Shown here: positions 22,510 through 32,794 of the stretch, in pieces | Layout: each line of letters begins with the position of its first letter | How positions within the stretch are numbered: the stretch's first letter is position 1 | DNA from: Chiloscyllium plagiosum | Taxonomy: Eukaryota | DNA: 35,977 nucleotides | Reading direction: 5' to 3' | NCBI RefSeq assembly: GCF_004010195.1 | Contig: NW_025213777.1 | Location: 1-35,977, forward strand | Position numbers and translations under genes: made by a program | Notes under the pieces: generated by a model | Database searches by the model: none | Told to the model about the DNA's origin: nothing | The model's input: the letters and a program-made list of their open reading frames with translations, nothing else

Positions 22510-22812
22510 ACCCCATTTGCTGCCTTCATCACCCCCCAACTCCAATCAGTGACCTGCTTCCCCCCCTCCACCCCATTCGCTGCACCACATCACCCCACCA
22601 NNNNTCACACTCCAACTCTAATCAGTGACTTGCTCTCCCACCACCACATTCACTGCACCCCATCAACCCCCAACTCCAATCAGTGACCTGCTTCTCCATC
22701 TCTGCCCCATTCACTGCCCCCATCACACTCCAACTCTAATCAGTGACTTGCTCTCCCACCACCACATTCACTGCACCCCATCAACCCCCAACTCCAATCA
22801 GTGACCTGCTCC
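22510..22812. repeat. C-rich minisatellite, ~59-bp unit with alternating variants (~118-bp higher order)
   Basis: Recurrent caactc(c/t)aatcagtgac(c/t)tgct, five copies. Confidence 0.85.
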
Positions 22813-23399
22813 ACTGACTGCCCAGTCTCCATCCCTCTTCTCCCAGTGACCTCTCCCCTCACTGCCATGGCCTCCACTCCCTTGTGAATCCTTTCACCTG
22901 TTGCCTTGCTGTGAGAGTGAGACAGTGAGTGACATAGCCCTGGGTATCCTGATTTAAGTTGTTCTATCTGGGAACTCCTCCGGGTCAATAGTGTTACAAT
23001 TCATTCCTAGGGCATTGCAGGCTGCCTCAGTGAATAGGTACACAACAAGTATTGGTATAACATGGAATTGCTTTTGTTTGACAATCTCTTGCTTTGAAGC
23101 CTGTGATACATGTTATAAAGTCATGTCAGCCATTACAAATGACCTGACAGTAATGTCACAGGCACGGAAGCTGCTTTGGCTGTCAGTGTTCCCCCTTCAG
23201 TTACAGTGTCAACAAATGCAGTCTTGAAAAGGGCAGGAACTTTATAAATAAAGGGATTACATTAAGAAATAGTTGTTACGTTAACCCTGTATAAAATACT
23301 GGTTCGTCCCTGGGTAATTCTGGGCCCAACTTGCCAATGCCAATTGAAATACCAGAGTCCACAATCTTCCTGAACAATTGCAAGAGTGTAACCCTTTGA

Positions 23400-23697
23400 A
23401 AAAGCACTGACGTCAGAGCTGCTGTCAATGCCAGTGTCACCGACACTGTCTCAAGCCCTGCGCTGGGCCCACTAACGTCAAAGTTTGTACGCTCTCACCG
23501 CTGGGTCCACACTCACTTCACTGACCTCGCTGATGCCGCCAGTATCACTGCAACTGAGCTGCCCAAGGGCAAGAGGTAGGAGAGGACTGTAGAGAAAAGA
23601 AAAGTAGAAGGAAAAAAAAGAAAAAGAGAAATAGATGGAAGCAAGCAGCAGGTGACCAGGTGCCCGAATGCTGTTACTCCGTCGGCGCCATCTTGAG
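23400..23697 (-). mobile_element. 5' part of non-autonomous element related to 15800-16440
   Basis: Minus strand starts caagatggcgccgac, then pyrimidine tract and GC-rich body. Confidence 0.5.
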
Positions 23698-23699
23698 AT

Positions 23700-24000
23700 T
23701 AAGACAGGTGGCCAAAGCCTGAGTCAAACTAATCAGTCTTTAAGAGGAGCTGAAGGAGGGGAAAGTGCTGGAAGGTTTTAGATCAGGAATTCCAGACCTT
23801 TAATACTTCGGCACCTGAAGATGATGGCCAACGATGGAATGACCAATCATGAATGACCTATCAGCTTGAACGGGAGCAGAGCAGCAACATGGGACAGATG
23901 TGGGACTGAAGTATCTTTCGCAAGGAGTGGAGGACTGAGACCTCAGAAGAACTTGGGAACTGGGATGAGAAATTAAAATTGAGGCTTTGTCTGATTGAGA
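23700..24000 (-). mobile_element. Old L2-type LINE fragment
   Basis: Similar to 25130-25290 (caaagcctga...ggaattccaga...ggcc). Confidence 0.5.
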
Positions 24001-24172
24001 GCAGAGATAAATCATGGGCATAGCACTATGGGTAAGTGGTGTACGGACTGTGGGGGCACAGTCTTGATGACAGCAAATGCAGCCTTGAAAAGGACATAGG
24101 ATCCTGGACTTTATAAATAGAAGGACAATGTTAAGAAATAGTAGTTATAAAACATTGCTTCTACCCAAGTGA

Positions 24173-24442
24173 AGGGTGGCAAGGTGGATCAATGGTTAGC
24201 ACTGCTGCCTCAGTGCCTGGGTGACTGTCTGTGTGGAGTTCGTATGTTCTCCCTGTGTCTGCATGGGTTTCCTTCACGTGTTCTAGTTTCCTCCCAAAGT
24301 CCAAAGCTGTGCAGGTTAGGTGGGTTAGCTGTGGGAAATGTAGGGTTACAGGGATACGGTAGAGGGTTGAGTTTGGGCAGGTTGTTGGTGGTTGGTGTGG
24401 ACTCGATGGGCTGATAGAATCCCTACCATGTGGAAGTAGGCC
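24173..24442 (+). mobile_element. HE1-type SINE with inverted terminal 29 bp
   Basis: Head and core on plus; 24414-24442 is the reverse complement of the expected tail. Confidence 0.8.
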
Positions 24443-25014
24443 TAAGTATTATGCCCAATCCTAGGCACTGCACTTTGGGAAAAGTGTGAAAGCTTTAGAG
24501 AGGGGGCAAAGAAGACATTGGAGAATTTCTCTGGAGATGTGGAACTTTAGTTCTCTGTGGATAGATTGGAAAAGCTGGGGTTGTTCTCAGGAGATTTCAT
24601 ACAGGTGCTCAAAATGAAAAGGGATCCTCCGAGGTGATCAACTGAATAGGATTTATCATCCTCATTGCACATAATCCAGATCTGATTCATTTAAACCGGC
24701 ATTTGAGCAACAAAATCTTGCATTTGTCTTTAGACCCAGTAAAGTCCCCCACCATGCCCCCTGGGGCTGCTAGCAAAATTTGATCAAACTGCATGAAGGT
24801 ATCTGGGAACAGGTGGGTATGTGGGAAAAGACACAGAGATTCGGGTGAAGTTTAGAAAGGATGGGAGTGGAAAACTGGTCAGGATAGTAACTCTTATGCA
24901 ACTTTTTTGTTGGGCCAAATGGCCTGTTTCCACACTGCAGGGATTCTATGATTTCTGCTTAGCCTCGTTACTGAACCAAGCATTTTACAGTCTTGTTTTG
25001 TGACTATATTACAA

Positions 25015-25290
25015 CAACTATAACTTGCATTTGTAAAGCACCTTTAAGGAACCAGGATTTACCAAGATGCTTTACAGAGTGTTTTGAGACAAATGTGACA
25101 CCAAGCCACCTAAAGAAGCATCATAATCGGCTCCCAAAAGCTTGACCAGAGAGGTAAGAGTTAAGTCTTCCTTTAAAGTAAGAAGAAGAGGTGGACAGCT
25201 GTAGGGAGAGAATTCCAGAGCCCACGCAGCAGACGGCATAGCCGCCAATGGTGGGCGATTAAAATCCAGGATGCTCAAGAGGCCACTTAG
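25015..25290 (-). mobile_element. L2-type LINE 3' end
   Basis: Minus strand ends taaaggtgctttacaaatgcaagttatagttgttg, a typical L2 tail. Confidence 0.65.
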
Positions 25291-26220
25291 AGAGTTTTTA
25301 AAGTAATATTGATTTTGATGCGTTAATTGGGATGCATTCCATGAGCGGTGGATGAGAAGGCATCCTGGTAATGGGCTGCACAATGCACAGCACATTGCTG
25401 GAAGGGTTAGTTACTGTGCGATGGGATCTGTGGGAGGTAAAAGCAACAAGTCAGTTTCAATTTTCCCTAATCTCTTTTAATGGCTCCGTTAAAGCTGCTG
25501 TGCTAAACCAGTACTGGGTGTAAAGGGTGACATTAGCGTCGGTAATCAGCACTGGCCTGAGAAATTCATTATCAGTCTTTAACTGATTCACCAATCTCAG
25601 TGTTTGACTAGATGGAACACCACTAATTACAGGGCTTGATTAGTAATTATGTACTAATGGTTAGAAAATCGAATAGGTCTGATTTGTAATTCTTTTTTTA
25701 TGTTTTTTTGTTTGAATGCTTGGAGTAAACCATGATTATGGGATGCAGCAAGAGGCAAATCTTACTTACTCAGAGTATAAGAAATAAAGCATTACTTCCT
25801 TTTTTTAAAAATTGAGAAACACAAGATGAATGGTAAGGGGTCCCAAGGGCAGGTTGCGACCACATTTGAGCAGAGCAGGAGATACAACAACTTAAATCAG
25901 GATGCCCAGGGCTACCAATGATCCCAGACTGTGGGGAGTCTCTCAGAATTAAAGATTAATTCCCAGGTCTCCTCTGGGAGGAAGTCAGGAGGTCAATCAC
26001 CATGGCGATAAATGAAAAGGTGTGCTTTCTTTGACATTGTTCGATCCGTTGTAAAATCGTCAGAGTTGGGTGCAAAGGTGAAAAGAGACAGCTCATGTTC
26101 CAATTGGCTGAGGAGGTGGCGCCCAATCAGTTGCTCGTTTTGGGTGACCAATAGGAGGACACCTCGTGAACCGGTCAATCAGTAGTGTCAAAGTCAGTGA
26201 CACAAACCAGAACACTGACG

Positions 26221-28218
26221 CCCGGATCTGACTTTTGTACGTCGCTGCAGAGTGTCTGGTTAAAGTTAACGGGTCCCTGACGGCGCCACTTCGCTTTGGG
26301 AGAGGAGTGCGTCAAGGCTGCCCCCTGTCCGGCCAGCTGTATTCCCTGTGCGTGGAGTCTTTCCTGCGCCTCTTGCAGAGGAGGTTGTCGGGGCTGGTTC
26401 TGCGCGGGCAGGGTTGTGGTCCTCTCGGCCTACGCCGACAACGTGCTCCTCACTTTCACCGACTCGGCTGACCTGGGGAGGATGCGCGAGTGCCAGGCCA
26501 TGTACTCGGTAGCGTCTTCCGCCAGGATCAACTGGGCCAAATGTTCCAGACTACTGGTCGGTCCGTGGCAGGTGGACTCTCTGCCGGAGGAGTTACAGGG
26601 GTTCAGCTGGAGAACCACCCATCTCCTCTACCTGAGGAATCCTGGCCGGCCAACTGGCAGGAGCTGGAGGCCAAAGTCTCAGCTTGTCTAGGCCGCTGGA
26701 CAGGACTGCTCCGAGTGCTATCTTACAGGAGTCGAGTGCTGGTGGCCGCCATGCTGTGGTACCGGCTGGTCACTTTGGTCCCTCCTCCTGGCTTTGTCGC
26801 TGACATCCAGAGAACGTAGGTCAACTTCTTCTGGGACAAAAAGATGCGCTGGGTCGCCGCGCAGGTTCTGAGTCTCCCTATTGAGGAGGGTGGTCAGTCG
26901 CTGGTGTGCGTCCGCACCCAGGTCGCGACGTTCCGCCTTCAGGCCTTGTGGCAATACCTTTACGTCGAGCCTCCTCCTAGGTGGTGCGCCCTGGCGAAGT
27001 ATTTTTTCCGCCAGGTGCGTAACCTCAACTATGACACGCAGCTCCTGTTCGTCGACCGTGACGGTTTGGAGGTCGCCCTCAAGACGCTGCCTGTCTTTTA
27101 CCAGGACCTGATCACTGTCTGGAACATGGTCGAATCGTGCCGCACCTACCCTCCGCTGGAGTAGCGGCTGTCGTCAGGGAGCCGTTGCTCAGGAATCCGC
27201 ACCTCCGTACTCGCGGGTTCGAGTGGCTGTCGGAGGGGAGGGCCGTGGCGGCGAGGGTGACCAGGGTCGGGGACGTGCTGGGTGCCGGGGGCCTTGGCTG
27301 GACGCTGCCGCAGGACAAAACGAGCAGGGCAGCGTTAGACTTCCGGTTCGTGGCCAACGCCACCCGACGCCTTAAAACGGCGGTGCTCGGACCCGACGTA
27401 GTGCACCAGTTGGAGGACGCTCAGGTGTGCGGTGGGATCCCGTCCGCGCTTACCCCAGCCCGGAAGGAATTTCACATTGGCCCCAGGGTCCCGTACTTCC
27501 CGCGGGAGCCTGTGCCCCACAACCTGAGCCGCCTCCGAGACTTTAATTTTGTTTTGTTTAGGCAGGTGATAAGGAGAGCCCTGTACCGACTGCTGCTGCA
27601 CACCATCCACCTCTTCTCCCGCATCCACCGTCCGGACACGCCTTGGCGTGCCCATTTGCCACCGGGCGGTGGGGATCCCCAGTGGAGGGCTCTCTACGCG
27701 GGAGTCCTCCCCCTTTCTCTCGGGGATCTGGGGTGGAGGGTGCTGCACGCAGCAGTCCCCTGCAACCGCAGATTGCGGTGGTTCACGGACTCCCAGCCCA
27801 ACTGCTTGTTCTGTGGCGCTGTGGAGTCCGTGGACCATGTATATATTGGGTGTGGGCGTTTGCACTCCCTTTTTGATTTCCTTAAAAACCTTCTCCTCTG
27901 TTTTTGGCTGCACTTCAGTCCCACGCTCCTGATCTTTGGGCACCCGGTACGGAGAAGGGAGGGCNCTCCAACTCTATTTTGATTTAGTCCCTACCCTCCC
28001 CTTCACTGTTTAATCACACAGCACTGCCTTTCGTGAAGGGCACTACTTGTCACTGGCCACTCGGGTGTTTTCCTATCTTCCTGGTGGTGGAAATTGAATA
28101 AAGATTCATGCACCTTATGTCTCTCACTGTGTCTCACACCTGCACACACACAACATGGGTGCTGGGGAAAAAATAAGCACTACCGCAGTTAGGCGGTAGT
28201 GTGGGGGGTTAAAAAAAC
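26221..28218 (+). mobile_element. Tx1 (L1 group) LINE, 5'-truncated, with poly(A) and TSD
   Basis: GRGVRQGCPLS, SAYADNV (mutated YADD), LSLPIEEGGQ, C-terminal CLFCGAVESVDHVYIGC zinc finger; AATAAA 28097; A-run 28211-28217; TSD ccagaacactgacg 26207-26220 and ccagaacaccgacg 28219-28232; several frameshifts. Confidence 0.92.
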
Positions 28219-28249
28219 CCAGAACACCGACGTTTTCCAACCAACTTGC

Positions 28250-28420
28250 TCAGAGACATTATGACACACCTCTGGAGTAGTTGAGACATGACCTGGATCT
28301 CCCGGTCAAAGGGAGATCTGTGCTGTGCTGTAGGAGTCTGTGACTCTATGACTGTAAGTGGAAGGTGATATCTCTCATGAAATGGAAATTCACACTACCA
28401 CCATTCGTGAGAGCCCCCTC
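28250..28420 (-). mobile_element. Decayed tRNA-related SINE-like repeat interrupted by templated insert
   Basis: ttatgacacacctctggag...cacactaccacca...gagcccc flanking 28323-28389; recognised by resemblance only. Confidence 0.45.
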
Positions 28421-28734
28421 AAACCAGACCACAATCAACCCATCCATTCACAGGTTGGGGGTGGAGGTGGGGAGGGGAAGGGGGTGTGGTGTGGGGTGGT
28501 GCAGAGGCAGAATGAATTGATTAACCTCCAAACTTGTAGCCTGCATTCTGGTAGTTCCATCACTTATTTGGTACAGCTCGCCATCCTGAAAAGGGCCATT
28601 GCAATGATAGCATTAACTTGCTCACCTTGGCCATCTTGCGTGAATTAATGTAGCATTTACATACCATCATTCATGACCTTAGAAAAGTCCAAAACACTTT
28701 ACAGTCAACTTACAATACTAACCCCCACCCCCCA

Positions 28735-29130
28735 AGGCTCCTATGAAAGGATCTTCCAAACTCCTGTGACCTTTACCTTCTAGAAAGATAAAGGCAACAG
28801 GCACATGGGAACACTAGCCCCCCTGCAAGTTTCCTTGAAGCCACTCACCATCCTGTCTTGGAACTATATTGCTGTTCCTTTAGTGTTGTTGGGTCAATAT
28901 CCTGGAACACCCTCCCTAACATCTTTGTGGTGTACCTACACCAAATGGACTGCAGACATTCAAGATGGCAGCTCACTGCTCCCATCTCCAGGGCAACTAG
29001 GGATAGGCAATAAATACTGGCACTGCCAGTGATGTCCACATCCCATGGACGAATTAAAAAATGGTGAATCACTACCACATTCTCAAGGGCAATAATTATT
29101 GGCCCAGTCAATGATACCATTTCATGAATG
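28735..29130 (+). mobile_element. CR1/L2-group LINE 3' end with repeated tail
   Basis: Homologous to 4780-5075; tail occurs twice (about 28960-29060 and 29068-29130). Confidence 0.7.
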
Positions 29131-29339
29131 GATGATTAAAAAGTACTTCTGAAATATGGTTGTGGTTCTATCCCAGGAAGTGCAAAATCCAGCTTGTCCA
29201 CAGCATTGTTAGAGATTTCCATTGACTGAGATGCTGAAGAGAGGTTTCTATTCATCTTCACATCGTAGCCAGAATTACAGTATTTACATCCACTGAAAAG
29301 GCAGATTTCCATTTCATGAGAGATATCACCTTCCACTTA

Positions 29340-29705
29340 TAGTCATAGAGTCACAGACTCCTACAGCACAGAGACAGGCCCTTTGGCCCAAACTGGTCTC
29401 TGCCAACCAAATTTCTGTCCACACTTACCGCATTTCCCTGCACTTGGCCCATATCCTTCTAATCCTTTCCTATCCATAAATCTGTCCAGATGCCTTTTAA
29501 ATGTTGTTAATGTACCTGCCTCAACCACTTCCAGTGGCAGCTCATTCCATGTGCTCTGTATAAAAAAGTTGTCCCTTAGATTCCCTTTTATTCTTTCCGC
29601 TCTAACCTTAAATTGATGTCCTCTAGTCCCCAACTCTGGGAAAAAGACTGAGTGTATTCACCCTATCCATGCCTCTTATGCCTCTATAAAGTTCCCCTTC
29701 AGTCT
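29340..29705 (-). mobile_element. CR1-type LINE 3' fragment
   Basis: TRGHQFKVR...WNELPLEVVEAGTLTTFKRHLDRFMD; tail ctgtgctgtaggagtctgtgactctatgact. Confidence 0.88.
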
Positions 29706-29939
29706 CTTAGTAATTGGCCATATTGCTATTAAATAATGTCCCAACTTATTACTTTGAACTGCGCCTAATGCACTCATTGGATCTGGGGATCAGTGTTAAA
29801 TCCAGCATTATTGCCCATCTCTAATTATTCTTGAACCAGGTGTTTTGTTGAGCCTTTTCAGAGGGCAGTTAAGAGTCAACCACATTGCTCAGGATCCAAA
29901 GTTGCATGTAGACCACAAAGATTTTAGATGTCATTAAGT

Positions 29940-30318
29940 CAGAGAGTCATAGAGACCTACAGCAGAGACAAGGCCCTTCAGCCCATCACGCCCTCACTGG
30001 TCAAAAACAACCACCAACTATTCCTAACTCCATTCTCCAGCACTTGGTCTATAGCCTTGTATTTATTGGCATCTCACCATTTCTTCAATATTATGAGAGT
30101 CATGAAGGACCTGAACCAAATAGAGAGGAACTGTTGCTGTTGGCAGAAGAATCAAAAACCCAGAGGAGATCAGTTTTAAGCTGTTTGACAAATGAGTCAC
30201 CACTAGCAGGATGAGGGTGGTTCGGGTCTGAAACACACTACCTGAGCATGGAGTGATAAAGGCTTCAATCATGGGTTTCAAAATTCAATTAGATAATTTA
30301 TTGAAGAGAAAAGAATTG
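29940..30318. mobile_element. Two adjacent CR1 fragments (29940-30090 minus; 30090-30318 plus, resuming about 31040-31135)
   Basis: CR1 tail agagtcatagagacctacagc on minus; plus-strand piece ends with ctcccttctgtgctgtaacc after the nested insert. Confidence 0.6.
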
Positions 30319-31030
30319 AATTTAGATTTAGACTTTATTGCCACATGTACTCAAGTACAAAGGTACAGGAGCGAAACGTTTTCAATGTTGCCACACACGG
30401 CGCCATATTAGGTACAAGCACCTCGATACAAAAACATAAGAAGAAGGTAGAAAGAAATAAGGAACAAAGTTAAAGGTTAAACATTATGGTTACTCTTAAG
30501 CATTGCATAAAAGTAAAGAAATAAAGTTAAAAGTTCTATCAATGAAGTCTTTCTTAAATGCTTAGCCATGCTGGGATCGCATTTCTTACAACAGCTCGAT
30601 TTCCTGCACTTTGTAATGCTCTCCCTGTACTGGGTCAACCTCCCCTGCTCTCTCATCATTGCTGCAGATGTCAGGGGGGGATCCTCCATCACCACGTTGG
30701 GTTTGCTGTTGGGATCTCAGATTGCCAAAGCCTCAGTCCAGTCCTTGGCCTTACCTTCTGTCCGTGTGCCGATCCTTGGGTCTTGTCTTTGGTCTGCGTG
30801 CTGAGCATTGAGAACTTACCAAGAGTCCTGCATCAGGCCCCAGCTGCTGCCTCACACTGGTCATCTAGCCAACCATCTAATTCAACGAGCCGCTGCTACC
30901 TCTCTCCAGAAGGTAAGTTTGTAGGGAAAAAAAACTAATAAAAAACTAAAACTAAAATGAAGGAAAAAAACGAGAAAACAAGAAAAAGGAAGAGAAAAAA
31001 GAAGAACATACAGAGCGGATGAGCCTACAT
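30318..31030 (-). mobile_element. Non-autonomous element with Rex1/Babar-like 3' end
   Basis: Minus strand: T-rich tract, aacttaccttctggagag, 3' gtacttgagtacatgtggcaataaagtctaaatctaaa, similar to the LINE tail at 1765-1810. Confidence 0.65.
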
Positions 31031-32184
31031 TTTGCAAATATTGCAGAGGATTAAGAATAAATAAGTTCTCTTGCAGAAAGTTGGCACAAACACAATGGAC
31101 TGAATAGCTCCCTTCTGTGCTGTAACCATTTTGTCTATAATAAGGATGTGGCACATTGTTGATTGATGTTGTGAGGTGACTCTATGGCTCCAGTGAAACA
31201 AGACGTAGGGAAAAATGATTTTCCTCACAACCATCTCAAACTCTCCCCCAGAATTCCACCAACACAGCCTTCGGTTGCAAGAGATCAAAGAATACGGTAG
31301 CCAAAGATTAATCTTGAAGAGCTCTGAAAAAATTACCAGTGTTAAAAAAAATGTAGATGGTGGATGGAGCTCCAAACCAGGATATTAATGGTCTCGTCAA
31401 GGAGAATACAATGAGCTCTGAAACTCAGCCTTGCATTATTTATAATTATACATTGAATGTAATCACAGAAATATTCTTGCCTGCAAATTGAAAAATGGTG
31501 AGTGTGTTTACCAGTGATCACTGGAGTTAGCCAGTATTTAAACAAGATAGCCATGATCTAGTTGGGAACGCAATGAGGTGGGTTAAGTCATTCGTCAAGT
31601 CCAAGTATACAGTAACAGTTTCACTCACTTTACTTTTCCACCAGTCTTTTCTAACAGTAATTGAGGTTTCTGCTCAGGAAAATGGTGCAGTTTATGAGAT
31701 AATGGTTACTTGTTGTGAACATTAAGAATATCAGAGACTTGGAATCTGTTGCAAATAGGACTTCCAGAACCAAGAGTTTGCAACAAGAAACTTGAGATCC
31801 ACAGGCAGTTAATGTCGAGATTTCCCCCACCTTAACAACTGAATCCATTTTGATGGGGTTGAATTAGTCCTGTCTTTTTAAAATTTTGATTCATTGTGAG
31901 ACAGTGTTAGCCAATTAACAACATAGATCAGCCTTTTAAATATTGTTGAGACACATGTTTTGTCCTGGCAATTGTATAAGAACATTTCAGCTTTTAAGAG
32001 ATTTTGATGGTGATTACATTTTTCTAATTCTTTTCTCTCATTATCAAGACCCTGAACAAAATGGTTTTGATTTTGATCAAAGCCTGAAGCAGAAGACTGT
32101 TAATCATTTCTAGAATGGGGGGGCCGTACTCTCTGTCCCAGAAGCTATCCCAGTGACATCTCCAAGACTACAGCACCACTAAAA

Positions 32185-32247
32185 AAATGAGGCTGACACT
32201 CCTGTGCAGTACTGAGTGGGTGCTGCACTGTCGGAGGCACTGTCTTA
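32185..32247 (+). mobile_element. Deu-domain SINE fragment (SacSINE1/AmnSINE1-like)
   Basis: ggctgacactcctgtgcagtactgagtgggtgctgcactgtcggaggc; weaker related pieces at about 6470-6510 and 33140-33350. Confidence 0.6.
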
Positions 32248-32262
32248 CTGGTCAGAGAGTAA

Positions 32263-32414
32263 GGCAAAAGTGAGGACTGCAGATGCTGGAAACCAGAGTT
32301 TAGATTAGAGTGGTGCTGATGAAGGGCTTTTGCCCGAAACGTCGATTTTCCTGCTCCTCGGATGTTGCCTGACCTGCTGTGCTTTTCCAGCACCACTCTA
32401 ATCTAAACTCTGGC
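32263..32414 (-). mobile_element. Fold-back PLE terminal-repeat element (family A) with 10-bp TSD
   Basis: cagagagtaa at 32253-32262 and 32415-32424; inverted arms ccagagtttagattagagtggtgctg and cagcaccactctaatctaaactctgg. Confidence 0.9.
32316..32347 (+). ncRNA. Hammerhead ribozyme core, perfect consensus but stem I lost at junction
   Basis: CUGAUGA-A-GGGC(uuuu)GCCC-GAAA-CG-UC-GAUU. Confidence 0.65.
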
Positions 32415-32794
32415 CAGAGAGTAAAATACAGACACAGCAAAAGAACAGGGAGGAGGGGGAGGGTAGACAACAGACAACACACATTTGTGTTATTTGTGCT
32501 GAGGATACAGAGTGAAATGTGGATTTTTTTTTCAAGCTGCATGTTTCTATGATTTTGAATGAATTGTTCGAAGGTTTGCTGCAACCCGTTTCATATATAT
32601 GTCCGTGTCTCCCTTACATGGCCCTTAGAATGGAGTTGGCTAAATATTGGAAGGGGAAACGATCGCAGTGTTATAAGGAAAGAGCCAGGCAGTAAGTCTA
32701 ATTGGATTGTTCTTTTTGGGAAAAAAAGTCATGTGATTGGACATTTGTTCCCCATCCATTGAACTGAATGGCTCTCTGGGCCGCTTCAAAGGAT

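Noticed and set aside
26221..27965. Host gene or CpG-island promoter
   Set aside because: GC/CpG richness is confined to a frameshifted Tx1 ORF2 bounded by a TSD
31620..31730. Strong-looking splice acceptor ttttctaacag
   Set aside because: Following frames stop quickly, no donor site and no recognisable protein
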